From assembly GCA_036260765.1 (NCBI GenBank), contig DATAMA010000051.1, positions 1-31,297 on the forward strand: a DNA stretch of 31,297 nt, given 5' to 3'. Positions 8,336 through 18,523 of the stretch are shown piece by piece; within the stretch, counting starts at the first letter, position 1, and each line of letters starts with the position of its first letter. This DNA comes from Desulfobacteria bacterium (GTDB taxonomy: Bacteria > Bacillota > Desulfitobacteriia > Desulfitobacteriales > JAJXUE01). The notes beneath the pieces were generated by a model that saw only the letters and a program-made list of their open reading frames with translations, did no database searches and was not told the DNA's origin. Both the position numbers and the translations under genes were made by a program.

Positions 8336-9082
8336 CTAAGCCATGACCATTCCGCCATCGACATTAATAGTCTGACCTGTTATGTAATCAGCCTCATCTG
8401 AGGCTAAAAATACCACTAACTTGGCAACGTCCTCCGGCACGCCGAGACGTCCTAACGGAATTTCCGCCAACATCTTCTCACGAACCTGATCGTTTAACTT
8501 CTCTGTCATATCTGTCTGAATAAATCCAGGAGCAATCGCATTAACCGTAATACCCCGCGATCCTAATTCCTTGGCTAAAGATTTGGTAAAGCCGAGGATT
8601 CCGGCCTTGGCCGCTGCATAATTAGCCTGCCCGGCATTACCGCTTAAGCCAACTACTGAACTAAGGTTGATTATTTTGCCTGAGCGCTGTTTCATCATCA
8701 ATTTGCTTACGGCCTTAGTGACCAGGAACACTCCTCTTAGGTTGGTGTTCAACACCGCATCCCAGTCCGTCTCTTTCATCCGCAGCAGCAAACCGTCTCG
8801 CGTAATTCCGGCATTATTGACCAGTATGTCCACTCTACCATACCGTTCAATCACTAGGCTAATCATTTTTTCCACATCGGCAGCTTCACTTACGTCGGCC
8901 TGAACTGCTACTGCCTGACCGCCCTGGGCTTGAATAAGGTTGACCACTTCCTCGGCCTTGGCCGCATTTCCGGCATAATTAACGGCCACCTTGACTCCCT
9001 GAGCAGCCAAAGCTAATGCTGTTGCCCTGCCTAAACCCCGCGAAGCGCCTGTAATGATGGCTACTTTTTCCTTCAGCATCAT
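8336..9082 (-). CDS. fabG: 3-oxoacyl-ACP reductase
   Basis: TGASRGLG, NNAG, NYAAAK (YxxxK), VDGGM. Start moved to ATG 9082 (MMLKEK), just after the fabD stop. Confidence 0.96.
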   Translation of the reverse strand: MMLKEKVAIITGASRGLGRATALALAAQGVKVAVNYAGNAAKAEEVVNLIQAQGGQAVAVQADVSEAADVEKMISLVIERYGRVDILVNNAGITRDGLLLRMKETDWDAVLNTNLRGVFLVTKAVSKLMMKQRSGKIINLSSVVGLSGNAGQANYAAAKAGILGFTKSLAKELGSRGITVNAIAPGFIQTDMTEKLNDQVREKMLAEIPLGRLGVPEDVAKLVVFLASDEADYITGQTINVDGGMVMA

Positions 9083-9083
9083 T

Positions 9084-10022
9084 TTATCGACTCTCCTCCA
9101 AATATGCAAGGAACTTTTCCAGGGAAGCGACATCCTCGACGCCAAATACCTTAACATTAGGAATAATTTTCTTAATTAACCCGGCTAAAACCTTACCCGG
9201 TCCGACTTCGACAAAAACAGTCGTTCCATCCGCGGCTAACCGTCGGATACACTCTTCCCAACGCACTGAGGAGCTAACCTGCTGAATTAGGCTTGTCGTT
9301 ACACGTTCCCTAGTTTTGACATATTCCGCATTTATATTCGCAATCAGGGGAAGCTCCGGATCGTTTATTTTAACCGACAAAAGCGCTTCACCCAGCCGCT
9401 CTCCGGCCTGGATCATTAAGCTGGAGTGAAACGGCCCGCTTACCTGAAGCAGAATTCCCCGTTTAGCACCTGCCTCTTTGCATAAGTCGATTGCCTTTTT
9501 CACCGCGCCTAACTGCCCGGAAATAACAACCTGGCCCGGGCAATTATAGTTGGCTACCTCGACGATTCCGTGACAGGAAGCTTTAACACACGCAGCCCGA
9601 ACCTGCTCGCTGTCCAGGCCAAGAATGGCCGCCATCGCCCCGTCGGGCGGCGAGGCCTCCTGCATCAACTGGCCTCTTTCCCGCACCAGTTTCACAGCGT
9701 CCTGAAACGAAAATGTACCGGCAGCAACATGGGCGCTGTACTCTCCGAGACTGTGACCGGCAACGAATTCCGGTTTGACACCCTTTGACTCCAACACCCG
9801 TAGGCTGGCGATGCTTGCGGTCAGAATTGCCGGTTGGGTTACGGCGGTTTGTTTTAAAGCATCCTCAGGCCCGTTATTGATAATGTCGACAAACTCTTGC
9901 CCTAGCACAGCGGCTGCCTGGGCAAAAACCTCAGCGGCCGGTGCATAGTTCTGGGCCAACTCCCTGCCCATCCCGACATATTGAGAGCCCTGTCCGGGAA
10001 ACACAAAAGCTGTTTTGCTCAC
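9084..10022 (-). CDS. fabD: Malonyl-CoA:ACP transacylase
   Basis: FPGQGSQ, GHSLGEY catalytic Ser, VSGPFHS, EVGPGKVL. Confidence 0.97.
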   Translation of the reverse strand: MSKTAFVFPGQGSQYVGMGRELAQNYAPAAEVFAQAAAVLGQEFVDIINNGPEDALKQTAVTQPAILTASIASLRVLESKGVKPEFVAGHSLGEYSAHVAAGTFSFQDAVKLVRERGQLMQEASPPDGAMAAILGLDSEQVRAACVKASCHGIVEVANYNCPGQVVISGQLGAVKKAIDLCKEAGAKRGILLQVSGPFHSSLMIQAGERLGEALLSVKINDPELPLIANINAEYVKTRERVTTSLIQQVSSSVRWEECIRRLAADGTTVFVEVGPGKVLAGLIKKIIPNVKVFGVEDVASLEKFLAYLEESR

Positions 10023-10034
10023 TCTCGTCCCTCC

Positions 10035-10982
10035 CTACAGGCTAATCCGTTTTGCGAGATCATTCAGGATTGTTTCGGCCCCGCCGATAATATCCTGGAT
10101 AATGGCCGTCGCCGGTTCCTCACGGGAAACCCATCCGGCAATCTGTCCGGCCATAACCGACCCAAGTGCAGTATCGCCTTCGACCATGGCCAAGCGCATT
10201 TTCCCTACGCCCAATTTTTCCAGTTCTTCGGCAGGAACCCCCTGCCTCTCTTTTTCCGTAAGCTCACGTGTAAATTTATTTTCCAAACAGCGTACCGGGT
10301 GCCCTGTCACTCTACCTGTTACCACCGTATCCCGGTCCTTAGCCTTAATAATTGCTGCCTTAACCATAGGCGAAACTGTACATTCAGAGGCACACATAAA
10401 TCTTGTTCCCATCTGGACACCCACTGCCCCGAGCGCTAAAGCCGCTACCAGTCCCCTGCCGTCAGCAATGCCCCCTGCGGCAATCACCGGAATCTTTACC
10501 GCATCGACAACTTGTGCTACTAACGGTAGTGTGCCAATTTCCCCAACATGACCGCCAGACTCACAGCCCTCAGCGACGAGTGCATCTACGCCTTGCTTCT
10601 CTAACCGCTTCGCCAGCGCAACGGAAGCTACTACCGGAATAGTTTTTGTACCGGCTTCTTTCAGGCTCGGAATATATTTCCCAGGGTTGCCCGCACCTGT
10701 CGTGATTACCGGTACTTTTTCGTCAATAATCACTTGGATAACATCATCAACAAATGGAGACATCAACATGACGTTAACACCAAATGGCTTATCTGTAGCT
10801 CGTTTAACTTTACGAATCTCGCCGCGAAGCCAATCAGCCGGTGCAGTGCCTGAGCCAATAATCCCAAGGCCACCTGCCTCGGAGACCGCAGCCGCAAGTT
10901 CTGCCGTAGCAACCCAGGCCATTCCCCCTTGGAAAATAGGGTACTCAATACCTACCAGATCACAGAGAACGGTTTTAAACAT
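10035..10982 (-). CDS. fabK: Enoyl-ACP reductase II
   Basis: PIFQGGMAW, EGCESGGHVG, GTRF, GHPVR, GSVMAGQ. Start moved to ATG 10982 (overlaps the fabH TGA; RBS GGAGG). Confidence 0.9.
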   Translation of the reverse strand: MFKTVLCDLVGIEYPIFQGGMAWVATAELAAAVSEAGGLGIIGSGTAPADWLRGEIRKVKRATDKPFGVNVMLMSPFVDDVIQVIIDEKVPVITTGAGNPGKYIPSLKEAGTKTIPVVASVALAKRLEKQGVDALVAEGCESGGHVGEIGTLPLVAQVVDAVKIPVIAAGGIADGRGLVAALALGAVGVQMGTRFMCASECTVSPMVKAAIIKAKDRDTVVTGRVTGHPVRCLENKFTRELTEKERQGVPAEELEKLGVGKMRLAMVEGDTALGSVMAGQIAGWVSREEPATAIIQDIIGGAETILNDLAKRISL

Positions 10983-11989
10983 CAGCTTTCCTCCTTTGAC
11001 GGAAACCATTTTAATGCGCAGGCCCCCCAGGTTAACCCTGCCCCAAAGCCGACCATAAGCAGCGTCGCACCGTCTTTTATCTTGCCGGCTTGAAGCGCTT
11101 CATCTAAAGCAACCGGAATGGAAGCCGCCGACATATTACCGTAACGGTCCACATTGACCAGCACCTTGTCCCGGTCAATATCCAAGCGTTTCATCGCCGA
11201 CTCGATAATCCGCAGGTTTGCTTGGTGCGGAACAAGTATATCGACATCGCTGGCACTTAAGCCGGCCTTGTCCAGGCAACGAGCGGAAGCTTCCGCCATG
11301 ATGCGCACCGCAAACTTAAATACTTCGCTCCCAGCCATTTTGATATAGTGTTGACGTCCCCGGACCGTTTCCTCACTTGCCGGGAAACGCGAACCGCCGC
11401 CAGGCAGCACCAAGAGCTTTTCTTCATCACCCTGAGAACCGAGTTCAAACGCCAGAATACCTTTTCCCGCTTCAGCCGGCGTCAAGACAGCGGCACCTGC
11501 GCCATCACCAAACAGTATGCAGGTACTGCGATCGGTAAAATCGGTGATCTTACTCAATGTATCAGCGCCAATGATCAGGACCTTGTCATACATCCCGCTG
11601 GCAATAAAGCGGCTTCCGGTCGCCAGAGCATAGATAAATCCTGCGCAGCCTACCGACAAGTCAAAAGCTGCCGCTTTAACTGCACCTAAGCGGGCTTGAA
11701 CCAAGCAAGCTGTAGCCGGGAAAGAGTAATCCGGGGTCACCGTGGCAACGATGATTAAATCCAAATCCTCCGCCTTAACTTTTGCATTGGCCAACGCCCG
11801 GCGGGCTGCTTCCATACAAAGATCAGAAGTAGTAGTTCCTTCATCGACTTTACGTCTTTCCCGAATTCCCGTGCGGGTAACAATCCATTCATCATTGGTA
11901 TCGACCATTTTTTCCATATCTGCATTAGTCAACACGTTTTTCGGGACAAAAGTACCGATACCCGCGATTCCTACACTTCGTACATCCAT
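10982..11989 (-). CDS. fabH: 3-oxoacyl-ACP synthase III
   Basis: Cys-His-Asn triad (VGCAGF, VPHQAN, YGNMSAAS), FGDGAGA, GFGAGLTWG. Confidence 0.97.
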   Translation of the reverse strand: MDVRSVGIAGIGTFVPKNVLTNADMEKMVDTNDEWIVTRTGIRERRKVDEGTTTSDLCMEAARRALANAKVKAEDLDLIIVATVTPDYSFPATACLVQARLGAVKAAAFDLSVGCAGFIYALATGSRFIASGMYDKVLIIGADTLSKITDFTDRSTCILFGDGAGAAVLTPAEAGKGILAFELGSQGDEEKLLVLPGGGSRFPASEETVRGRQHYIKMAGSEVFKFAVRIMAEASARCLDKAGLSASDVDILVPHQANLRIIESAMKRLDIDRDKVLVNVDRYGNMSAASIPVALDEALQAGKIKDGATLLMVGFGAGLTWGACALKWFPSKEES

Positions 11990-11992
11990 TAG

Positions 11993-12982
11993 TTATCTCT
12001 TCCTTTCCGGTAAATGTGTTTGAATTGCCTCTATATACCGGCTTTGCACGCATTCACCTGCAACCCGAATCGCATTTCTGATTGCCTTGGCCTTTGAACT
12101 GCCATGGCAGACAATACTAACGCCGTTTACCCCCAGCAAAGGAGAACCGCCGTATTCCGCATAGTCCATTCCATGAGCGATTTCCTTCAAACCTGGTTTC
12201 ACCAAAGCAGCCCCCAGTTTGCGGGAAAAGCTTGAGGTGATTTTGTCCTTGATCATCCCAAACATGCTTACGGCCAAACCTTCGGCAAACTTAAGCAATA
12301 CATTACCGACAAATCCGTCACAGACGATAACATCGGCTTTACCCCTGGGGACTTCACGGCCCTCAATATTACCTGTAAAATTAAACGGTCCGGCCTTCAA
12401 AAGTTCATGCGCAGCCAGATACAATTCGCTCCCTTTAGTCTCTTCACTGCCGATATTAAGTAAGGCCACCCGCGGGTTGCTTATTTTTAGGATTTTCTCC
12501 GCGTAGATGCTCCCCATCAACGCATATTGAAATAGATGAGCTGGTTTTGCATCCGCGTTGGCGCCTGCATCCAATAATAATTTGCCGCCACGCGCTGTCG
12601 GCAGAACAGTAGCAATGCCCGGACGCTCAATCCCCTTAATTCTTCCAAGGCCAAGCAGCGCTGCCGCCATCTGAGCCCCGGTACTTCCGGCTGAAACAAC
12701 CGCATCGGCCTCGCCTTGTTTGACCAGGCGCGTGGCTACTACGATCGAGGCGTCCTTTTTACTTTTTACCGCTCCCGCCGGATGTTCATCCATCGCAATT
12801 ACTTCCAGAGCCGGGTGGACTGAAACATTGGCCGGAAGACTACTGTTCACTGCTTGAATTGCCGCTGGTTGTCCAACCAGGATAACCTCTATCTCAGGGT
12901 CGGCCTGAGCAGCCTGAATTGCACCCTGAACAATTTCACCAGGGGCAAAGTCTCCGCCCATTGCATCAACCGCGATCCTCAT
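11993..12982 (-). CDS. plsX: Phosphate:acyl-ACP acyltransferase
   Basis: IAVDAMGGD, SAGSTGA, LDAGAN, NIGSEETKG, VCDGFVGN, CHGSS. Confidence 0.97.
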   Translation of the reverse strand: MRIAVDAMGGDFAPGEIVQGAIQAAQADPEIEVILVGQPAAIQAVNSSLPANVSVHPALEVIAMDEHPAGAVKSKKDASIVVATRLVKQGEADAVVSAGSTGAQMAAALLGLGRIKGIERPGIATVLPTARGGKLLLDAGANADAKPAHLFQYALMGSIYAEKILKISNPRVALLNIGSEETKGSELYLAAHELLKAGPFNFTGNIEGREVPRGKADVIVCDGFVGNVLLKFAEGLAVSMFGMIKDKITSSFSRKLGAALVKPGLKEIAHGMDYAEYGGSPLLGVNGVSIVCHGSSKAKAIRNAIRVAGECVQSRYIEAIQTHLPERKR

Positions 12983-13556
12983 CCGGCAGTCCCTCCTCTA
13001 AACCTTTGGCAAAAATAATAAACTCACCGTTAAAAACTTCTTCCGTGTTAACAGAAGAATGTACCGTTACAAACACCCGATTCCCTTTCAATCCGGTAAC
13101 CTTAGCCTTGGCAATAACCTTCTCATTGAGGCCGACCGGGCGCAAGAATTTCACATTGGCCATCGCGGTTAACGCCACATCCGCATCGATAACGGCAACG
13201 GCAAGGGAGTTAGCCTGAGCAAACAAATGGTGCCCCCTGGCGATCTTTGTTTTAGCTAAAACCATTTCCGCGCTAATTTCCAATGTTGAAATTGCCTGTT
13301 GCCCCAATTCTAAATCCAGCAGTTCTCCTACCAGCTCACCGCCGCTGATTGACTTCAGCTTGGCGGTAGCTCCTTCGGCTACCTGCTTAACCCGCTCACG
13401 TAATTCTGGAATTCCCAGGATTATTCTATCCAATCGGATAGTCTGAATGCTAACCGCAAGTTTTTCCGCCAATTCTCCATCGGTAAGAAAAGGGTTATTG
13501 CTTAGTAGCTCGCGTAGTGTCTCCTGCCTGATAAATTTTTTAGATGCCCTTGCCAT
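12966..13556 (-). CDS. fapR: Fatty acid biosynthesis repressor FapR
   Basis: N-terminal HTH (PFLTDGELA..VSIQTIRLDR) and hot-dog malonyl-CoA domain (ARGHHLFAQANSLAVA); first gene of the plsX-fab operon. Confidence 0.95.
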   Translation of the reverse strand: MARASKKFIRQETLRELLSNNPFLTDGELAEKLAVSIQTIRLDRIILGIPELRERVKQVAEGATAKLKSISGGELVGELLDLELGQQAISTLEISAEMVLAKTKIARGHHLFAQANSLAVAVIDADVALTAMANVKFLRPVGLNEKVIAKAKVTGLKGNRVFVTVHSSVNTEEVFNGEFIIFAKGLEEGLPDEDRG

Positions 13557-13588
13557 TGTTGGTTCCCCTTGGCTTTTTTACACCAGAT

Positions 13589-13607
13589 ATTAGTACCAGG
13601 TGCTAAT
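13589..13607. promoter_or_regulatory. FapR operator
   Basis: ATTAGTACC-A-GGTGCTAAT imperfect palindrome of the TTAGTA-N5-TACTAA type, lying just downstream of the fapR -10 box. Confidence 0.85.
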
Positions 13608-13610
13608 GTA

Positions 13611-13639
13611 AGTATAACGGTTAACCCGGACCGTTGCAA
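13611..13639 (-). promoter_or_regulatory. sigmaA promoter of the fapR-plsX-fab operon
   Basis: TTGCAA-17 nt-TATACT on - strand. Confidence 0.8.
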
Positions 13640-13643
13640 GAGC

Positions 13644-13678
13644 AAAAAAAGAATAACCATTAATTTCGGTTATTCTTT
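13644..13678 (-). terminator. Intrinsic terminator after rpmF
   Basis: 11-bp stem AAAGAATAACC/GGTTATTCTTT with U-run on - strand. Confidence 0.8.
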
Positions 13679-13702
13679 CCTCGCTTCGGTCAGATTATTG
13701 AC

Positions 13703-13885
13703 CTATTCAACTTCAACGCTGACAACTTCTTTGCCTTTGTAAAATCCACACTCAGGACAAACACGGTGCGGCATCATCGGTTTATGACATTGGGGGCATT
13801 CGATAAAACCGGGAGCTTCAAGCTTCCACATCGCCCGCCGTTTACGTACGCGAGATTTGGATTGTCGATGTTGGGGTACACCCAT
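13703..13885 (-). CDS. rpmF: 50S ribosomal protein L32 (Zn-binding form)
   Basis: MGVPQHRQSKSRVRKRR...CPQC...HRVCPECG. Confidence 0.96.
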   Translation of the reverse strand: MGVPQHRQSKSRVRKRRAMWKLEAPGFIECPQCHKPMMPHRVCPECGFYKGKEVVSVEVE

Positions 13886-13917
13886 TCAATTACACCCCCT
13901 TCGTAAAATCAAAAAGT

Positions 13918-14454
13918 TTAGGAATCACTTTTAAGTAACTTGGCCAGATCAGCAAGCCGCGGGTCTATTTCCTGAACATTGCACCCACACGCACCTAAAT
14001 TCAAGTTCTTACCGCATTTAGGGCAAAGACCTTGGCATGTTTCTGAACACAAAGGTTTCATTGGCGTTGCCAAGACAATCTGTTCTCGAACCATTTCCGT
14101 CAAATCGACAGTATCTGTATTTAAGACCAGATAATTTTCGTCTTCTTCAGCCTCTGGGTGATCCGATAGGTAGGATTGCAACTCTGAGACGTAACACATC
14201 TCCTGTTCAAATTCCCCATCCGCCGGTAAAATGATTGTTTCCAGGCAGCGACTGCAATCGCACTTAACCCGGGAATGAATAACCCCTGTAATCAGTAGGG
14301 CGTTCCCGAGGTTCGTCACCTTTACGACAACTTCTACCGGCCCAGTGAATTCCAGCAGTTCGCCGCCGATATCCAACGGTGCCAACTTTTCCTGAAATTC
14401 AAAGGTTTCGCTTGCGCCAAAGGTTTTGCGCACTTTAGCGACATTGATTAACAC
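13918..14454 (-). CDS. DUF177 / YceD (YlbN-like) protein
   Basis: CSRCL and PMKPLCSETCQGLCPKCG...CGC...DPRLADL motifs; directly upstream of rpmF. Start moved to GTG 14454 (RBS GAGGTG). Confidence 0.92.
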   Translation of the reverse strand: MLINVAKVRKTFGASETFEFQEKLAPLDIGGELLEFTGPVEVVVKVTNLGNALLITGVIHSRVKCDCSRCLETIILPADGEFEQEMCYVSELQSYLSDHPEAEEDENYLVLNTDTVDLTEMVREQIVLATPMKPLCSETCQGLCPKCGKNLNLGACGCNVQEIDPRLADLAKLLKSDS

Positions 14455-14479
14455 ATTATCACCTCGATGCACAAAACCC

Positions 14480-14509
14480 ATTATAATCGTTAAAAATGCG
14501 GTTTGTCAA
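14480..14509 (-). promoter_or_regulatory. sigmaA promoter for DUF177-rpmF
   Basis: TTGACA-18 nt-TATAAT on - strand. Confidence 0.8.
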
Positions 14510-14518
14510 GAAATTGGT

Positions 14519-15721
14519 TTATGCTTCACCGACAATTTCTGCCGTATCTTTGGCAATCATCAGTTCTTCATCAGTCGGAATAATCAAAAGACGAGTCTTA
14601 GATTCCGCCGTCGCAATATCAATTTCTTCGCCGCGGACTTTATTTTTTTCGGGATCAATTTCCGCACCAAGATAGCTAAGGTTTTTGACAATCGCCTCGC
14701 GCATCCAGGCGGCGTTTTCACCGATGCCGGCAGTAAAAACAATTGCATCAACCCCGTTTAGTACAGCCGCAAACGAGCCAACGGTTTTTATCACACTGTG
14801 GATAAACACATCAATCGCCAATCGTGCACGGTAATTTTTTTCAGCGGCGGCCTGCAGGTCACGAAAATCGCTGCTGATCCCGGATACCCCCATCACACCG
14901 CTCTTTTTATTCATTACCGTATCGACCTGGTCAGGCGTAAACCCTTCCTTTTTCATTAACAGTGGGATGATAGCCGGGTCAATACTGCCGCATCTCGTCC
15001 CCATCACTAAACCCTCAAGCGGGGTAAGTCCCATCGAGGTGTCGATCACCTTGCCGCTTTTGACCGCTGCCAAGGAAGATCCATTGCCGAGATGACAGGT
15101 GATAATTTTCGATTCATCCCGAGCTATTCCCATCTTCTCCAACATTTCAACTGCCCGCATCGTTACATACCGATGGGAAGTGCCGTGGAATCCGTAACGG
15201 CGAATCCCATACTTTTCATAATATTCGTAGGGCAAACCGTAGATATAAGCTGCAGGCGGCATAGTTTGGTGGAAAGCGGTGTCAAATACAGCGACGTTGG
15301 GAGTTCCTGGCATTAACTTTTGGCAGGCTTCAATTCCCATGATATTAGCCGGGTTATGTAAAGGTCCAAGTTCTACACACTCATAAACGGCTTTCATCAC
15401 ATCGTCATCAACCAGGCAAGAAGCGGTAAACTTCTCTCCACCGTGCAGCACGCGATGACCTACGGCCCGAATCTCGCTCAAGCTGCTGATCACGCCATGT
15501 TCCGGATCAGCTAACACATTTAGGACCATGGAAATGGCCTCACGGTGTGAGGGTAGATCCTGTTCAAAGACTTTTTTCTCCCCATCATGTTGATGTGTTA
15601 ATGTCGAACCCGGGATTCCGATGCGTTCTGCCAAGCCCTTGGCTAACACTGTTTGGTCAGCCATATTAAACAACTGGTATTTTAGTGAAGAACTTCCGCA
15701 GTTAATGACTAATATTTTCAC
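14519..15721 (-). CDS. ackA: Acetate kinase
   Basis: [55 protein letters not shown]; GTG start with GGAGG. Confidence 0.96.
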   Translation of the reverse strand: MKILVINCGSSSLKYQLFNMADQTVLAKGLAERIGIPGSTLTHQHDGEKKVFEQDLPSHREAISMVLNVLADPEHGVISSLSEIRAVGHRVLHGGEKFTASCLVDDDVMKAVYECVELGPLHNPANIMGIEACQKLMPGTPNVAVFDTAFHQTMPPAAYIYGLPYEYYEKYGIRRYGFHGTSHRYVTMRAVEMLEKMGIARDESKIITCHLGNGSSLAAVKSGKVIDTSMGLTPLEGLVMGTRCGSIDPAIIPLLMKKEGFTPDQVDTVMNKKSGVMGVSGISSDFRDLQAAAEKNYRARLAIDVFIHSVIKTVGSFAAVLNGVDAIVFTAGIGENAAWMREAIVKNLSYLGAEIDPEKNKVRGEEIDIATAESKTRLLIIPTDEELMIAKDTAEIVGEA

Positions 15722-15749
15722 GAAAAAATCCTCCCCTTATGTACTTCTT

Positions 15750-16520
15750 TCAGAGGCAGAGCGCACGCTTTATCTCAGGAATGCTCTTTAGAGCAGCTTC
15801 TCTTCCCAACCGCACTGCTTCTCCCGCCAATTCGAATTTAAATGATCCGATATGACCTACTTCCGGTTCGATTAGTATGTCAGCCTCGAGCGCAGTACGG
15901 TTAAAGATCTCCTCTTCCATTATTTCAACCGACTGCATCATCACGTCGAGGATGTTATTTATTTTTACTTCCCTACCGTTTTTTACATTTACGCCAATCA
16001 CACAATCGGCTCCACACTGTTTCGCAGCCCTGACCGGTAAACGTTCCTTGACAGCACCGTCAACGAGAACCATGCCCTGATAACGGTATGGGGTAAATAC
16101 CCCCGGAATGGAGATACTTGCCCGTACAGCCGGAGCAATTTTGCCTTCTGTAAACACTACCTGTTTCCCGTGCTCCAAATCTGTTGCTACAATCGCCAAG
16201 GTTTTAGGTGTTTCCTCAAACGTCATATTCTTAGTTAACAACCTGATTAGTTCAAGAATCCTTTCACCTTTAACAAAACCGTTTTTCGGGACAACAAGGT
16301 CCGTGAGCTGTTTGATTACCGGGTACGTAGTAATTAGTTTCTCCGTAATGTACAGATCTACTCCGGTTGCATACAGGGCGCCGAAAATCGCTCCGGCACT
16401 GCAACCGACAACTACGTCTATGGGCAACCCCTCTTCTTCAAAGACCTGTAGAACACCTAAATGGGCAATTCCCCTCGCCGATCCTGCGCCAAGAACTATA
16501 CCGACATGCGGCCTGTTCAA
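15750..16520 (-). CDS. Patatin-like phospholipase (YlbK-like)
   Basis: GAGSARG oxyanion loop, GCSAG nucleophile elbow, ASISIPGVF, LVDGA; divergent from ylbJ. Start uncertain (TTG 16520 chosen over 16580). Confidence 0.9.
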   Translation of the reverse strand: MNRPHVGIVLGAGSARGIAHLGVLQVFEEEGLPIDVVVGCSAGAIFGALYATGVDLYITEKLITTYPVIKQLTDLVVPKNGFVKGERILELIRLLTKNMTFEETPKTLAIVATDLEHGKQVVFTEGKIAPAVRASISIPGVFTPYRYQGMVLVDGAVKERLPVRAAKQCGADCVIGVNVKNGREVKINNILDVMMQSVEIMEEEIFNRTALEADILIEPEVGHIGSFKFELAGEAVRLGREAALKSIPEIKRALCL

Positions 16521-16618
16521 AACCCCCACCCCACTCAACCGGCAGCTCTGCTCTAACCCATCAGGTCTAGAAAAAGACAATAAAAAATATAAATTAACTA
16601 AAAGTCTGGAGAACAGGT

Positions 16619-17851
16619 ATGACCAAAATCCGTCAAAATCAGGGGTTAGCCATCCTTAAAACAGCCGGTATTATTACCATTGCCCTGGCAATGATCAGAT
16701 TCCCCCAGGACGTGTTGTCCGCCGCTGCAGACGGAATCAGTGTCTGGGCCAAATACGTCGTTCCCTCGCTCCTCCCCTTTTTCATTCTCTCCGAACTATT
16801 AATAGGCGTTGGTTTCGTTCATTTATTGGGAGTACTGTTCGAACCCGTAATGCGCCCGATCTTCCGGTTGCCGGGGAGTGCCGCGTTTGTCATGGCCATG
16901 GGGTTTCTTTCCGGTCCTCCAATCAGTGCAATCCTGACCGCAAAATTGCGGCGCAGTGAATTGCTAAGCCGCCTGGAAGCCGAGCGGTTAATCAGTTTTA
17001 CCAATAACGCCAGTCCCGGGTTCGTTTTGGGAGCAGTCTCCGCCGGCATGTTCGCCAACCCAGCGTTAGGCGTCGTTCTTGCTTTTTCCGGCTATTTGGC
17101 TAATTTGCTTCTCGGCATTGGCCTCCGTTTTTATGGTCGTGAGGATTCTCCTACTGTCCAAGCACCAGGGGGTTCAAGCATCTGGCGGCGCGCCTTTCGG
17201 GCGATGTACCGTACTCAGGTTAAAGACAGCAGGCCGTTTGGGCAACTGATTGGCGACTCGATTCGTACCTCAATCAATACTATTCTGACAGTCGGCGGAT
17301 TTATCTTATTTTTTTCCGTACTATTACGACTGCTCGCGCAGCTCGGTATTCTCCATTCATTGAGCCAACTGCTGGCTATTGTCCTTAGTCCTCTAGGCTT
17401 GCATAATTCGCTTTACCCGGCCATTTCCAACGGTTTGTTTGAGATGACCCTTGGAACGAAATCGGCGAGCCAGTCGGTTGCTCCGCTTAATCAGCAAATC
17501 ATCTTGGTTTCTTCACTCATGGCCTGGAGCGGAATCTCAGTACACGCTCAAGTCGCTAGCTTTATTAGCGGCACTGATATTCGCCTCACCCCCTTCGTCA
17601 TCGCTAGAACTGCCCAAGCCGGTTTAGCTGCAATTATTACCGCAGTGTGTTTAGACTACCCGGGGCTTGTTCCGGTTTTTCAGACCGTTGGAACGGGTAT
17701 AAAGCCTTGGCGGACCGAGATCATAGCTTTAGCGTTGGCAACTATCGTATCTATCTTTGCTACCTTGGCTGTCATCATGGTTTTCCTGCTGCTCACAATG
17801 GCCAAGGTCGGCTTTATTCGTTTAGTAAAACACCTGTTTCGTAAATTATAA
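16619..17851 (+). CDS. ylbJ: Sporulation integral membrane protein YlbJ
   Basis: Polytopic; VVPSLLPFFILSELL, PVMRPIFRLPG, SGPP, NNASPG, FEMTLG, AWSGISVHAQV; position between rsmD and patatin. Confidence 0.88.
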   Translation: MTKIRQNQGLAILKTAGIITIALAMIRFPQDVLSAAADGISVWAKYVVPSLLPFFILSELLIGVGFVHLLGVLFEPVMRPIFRLPGSAAFVMAMGFLSGPPISAILTAKLRRSELLSRLEAERLISFTNNASPGFVLGAVSAGMFANPALGVVLAFSGYLANLLLGIGLRFYGREDSPTVQAPGGSSIWRRAFRAMYRTQVKDSRPFGQLIGDSIRTSINTILTVGGFILFFSVLLRLLAQLGILHSLSQLLAIVLSPLGLHNSLYPAISNGLFEMTLGTKSASQSVAPLNQQIILVSSLMAWSGISVHAQVASFISGTDIRLTPFVIARTAQAGLAAIITAVCLDYPGLVPVFQTVGTGIKPWRTEIIALALATIVSIFATLAVIMVFLLLTMAKVGFIRLVKHLFRKL

Positions 17852-17967
17852 GCTTTATGTTTTTACCTTAAAAATCTAAAAGACAAGTCCGCAGTCTAAC
17901 AATTAATCCTTCATCTATTATTCTATCTGATTTTTCTTAAATTTCAATCAAATATTGGTAAGCTAAC

Positions 17968-17992
17968 AAAAAAACCGCCTGAGCGGTATTTT
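17968..17992 (-). terminator. Terminator shared by the convergent ylbJ and rsmD units
   Basis: ACCGC-TCAG-GCGGT followed by U7 on - strand; enclosed by a larger GCTAACAAA (17962-17970) / TTTGTTAGC (18018-18026) inverted repeat. Confidence 0.55.
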
Positions 17993-18061
17993 ATGCGGCG
18001 CAAGCGGTCAAAAGTAATTTGTTAGCAGGTAGGCTCGCCGAAACTTGCCAAGAGGCAGCCA

Positions 18062-18523
18062 CTACTCCCTGTTATCCGGCGCAGTCCTGGCCAATTCTTC
18101 TCTGTCGCGTTTCAATCTATCAGCAACGTTAAGCAAAGAACCCTCTATTTTACCTAACACATCGTCAGCATAAGCCCTCGCCCCATTACGAATCTCCCCG
18201 GCGACCTGCTTTGCCTGTCCAACAATTTCCTCTGCCTGTTCTTGTGCTAAGCGTACAACTTCCGATTCTTCCACTAATTTTGACAAATAAGTACGACCTT
18301 GTTCAACCAATTTATCTGATTCAGCGCGGGCATCTTCTAAAATTCTTTCTCGTTCTTTTGTGACCCATTTAGCCTGATTCAATTCCTCTGGTAACGCTGC
18401 CCGGACCTTGTCAATTAACTCAAGGATCGCTTCATCGTCTACCAGCACTTTACCGGTCATCGGGATTTTTGCGCCCCGGTCAACGATATCCTCTAATTCC
18501 TCAAGTATCGATAAAATATCCAC
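18062..18523 (-). CDS. Conserved coiled-coil protein (usually follows coaD; often loosely annotated ATPase or DivIVA-like)
   Basis: LEELEDIV..GAKIPMTGKVLVD...LPEELNQAKW...RERILEDA pattern; no Walker motif; GTG overlaps the rsmD TAG by 1 nt. Confidence 0.8.
   Translation of the reverse strand: MDILSILEELEDIVDRGAKIPMTGKVLVDDEAILELIDKVRAALPEELNQAKWVTKERERILEDARAESDKLVEQGRTYLSKLVEESEVVRLAQEQAEEIVGQAKQVAGEIRNGARAYADDVLGKIEGSLLNVADRLKRDREELARTAPDNRE

Noticed and set aside
9981-11689. + strand ORFs opposite fabK and fabH
   Set aside because: Antisense to well-supported essential genes.
16560-16600. Possible sigmaE promoter for ylbJ (GTCTA...AATATAAAT)
   Set aside because: Match too degenerate in an A-rich spacer to call.
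16108-16659. 183-aa + strand ORF opposite patatin
   Set aside because: Antisense shadow; overlaps the ylbJ start.
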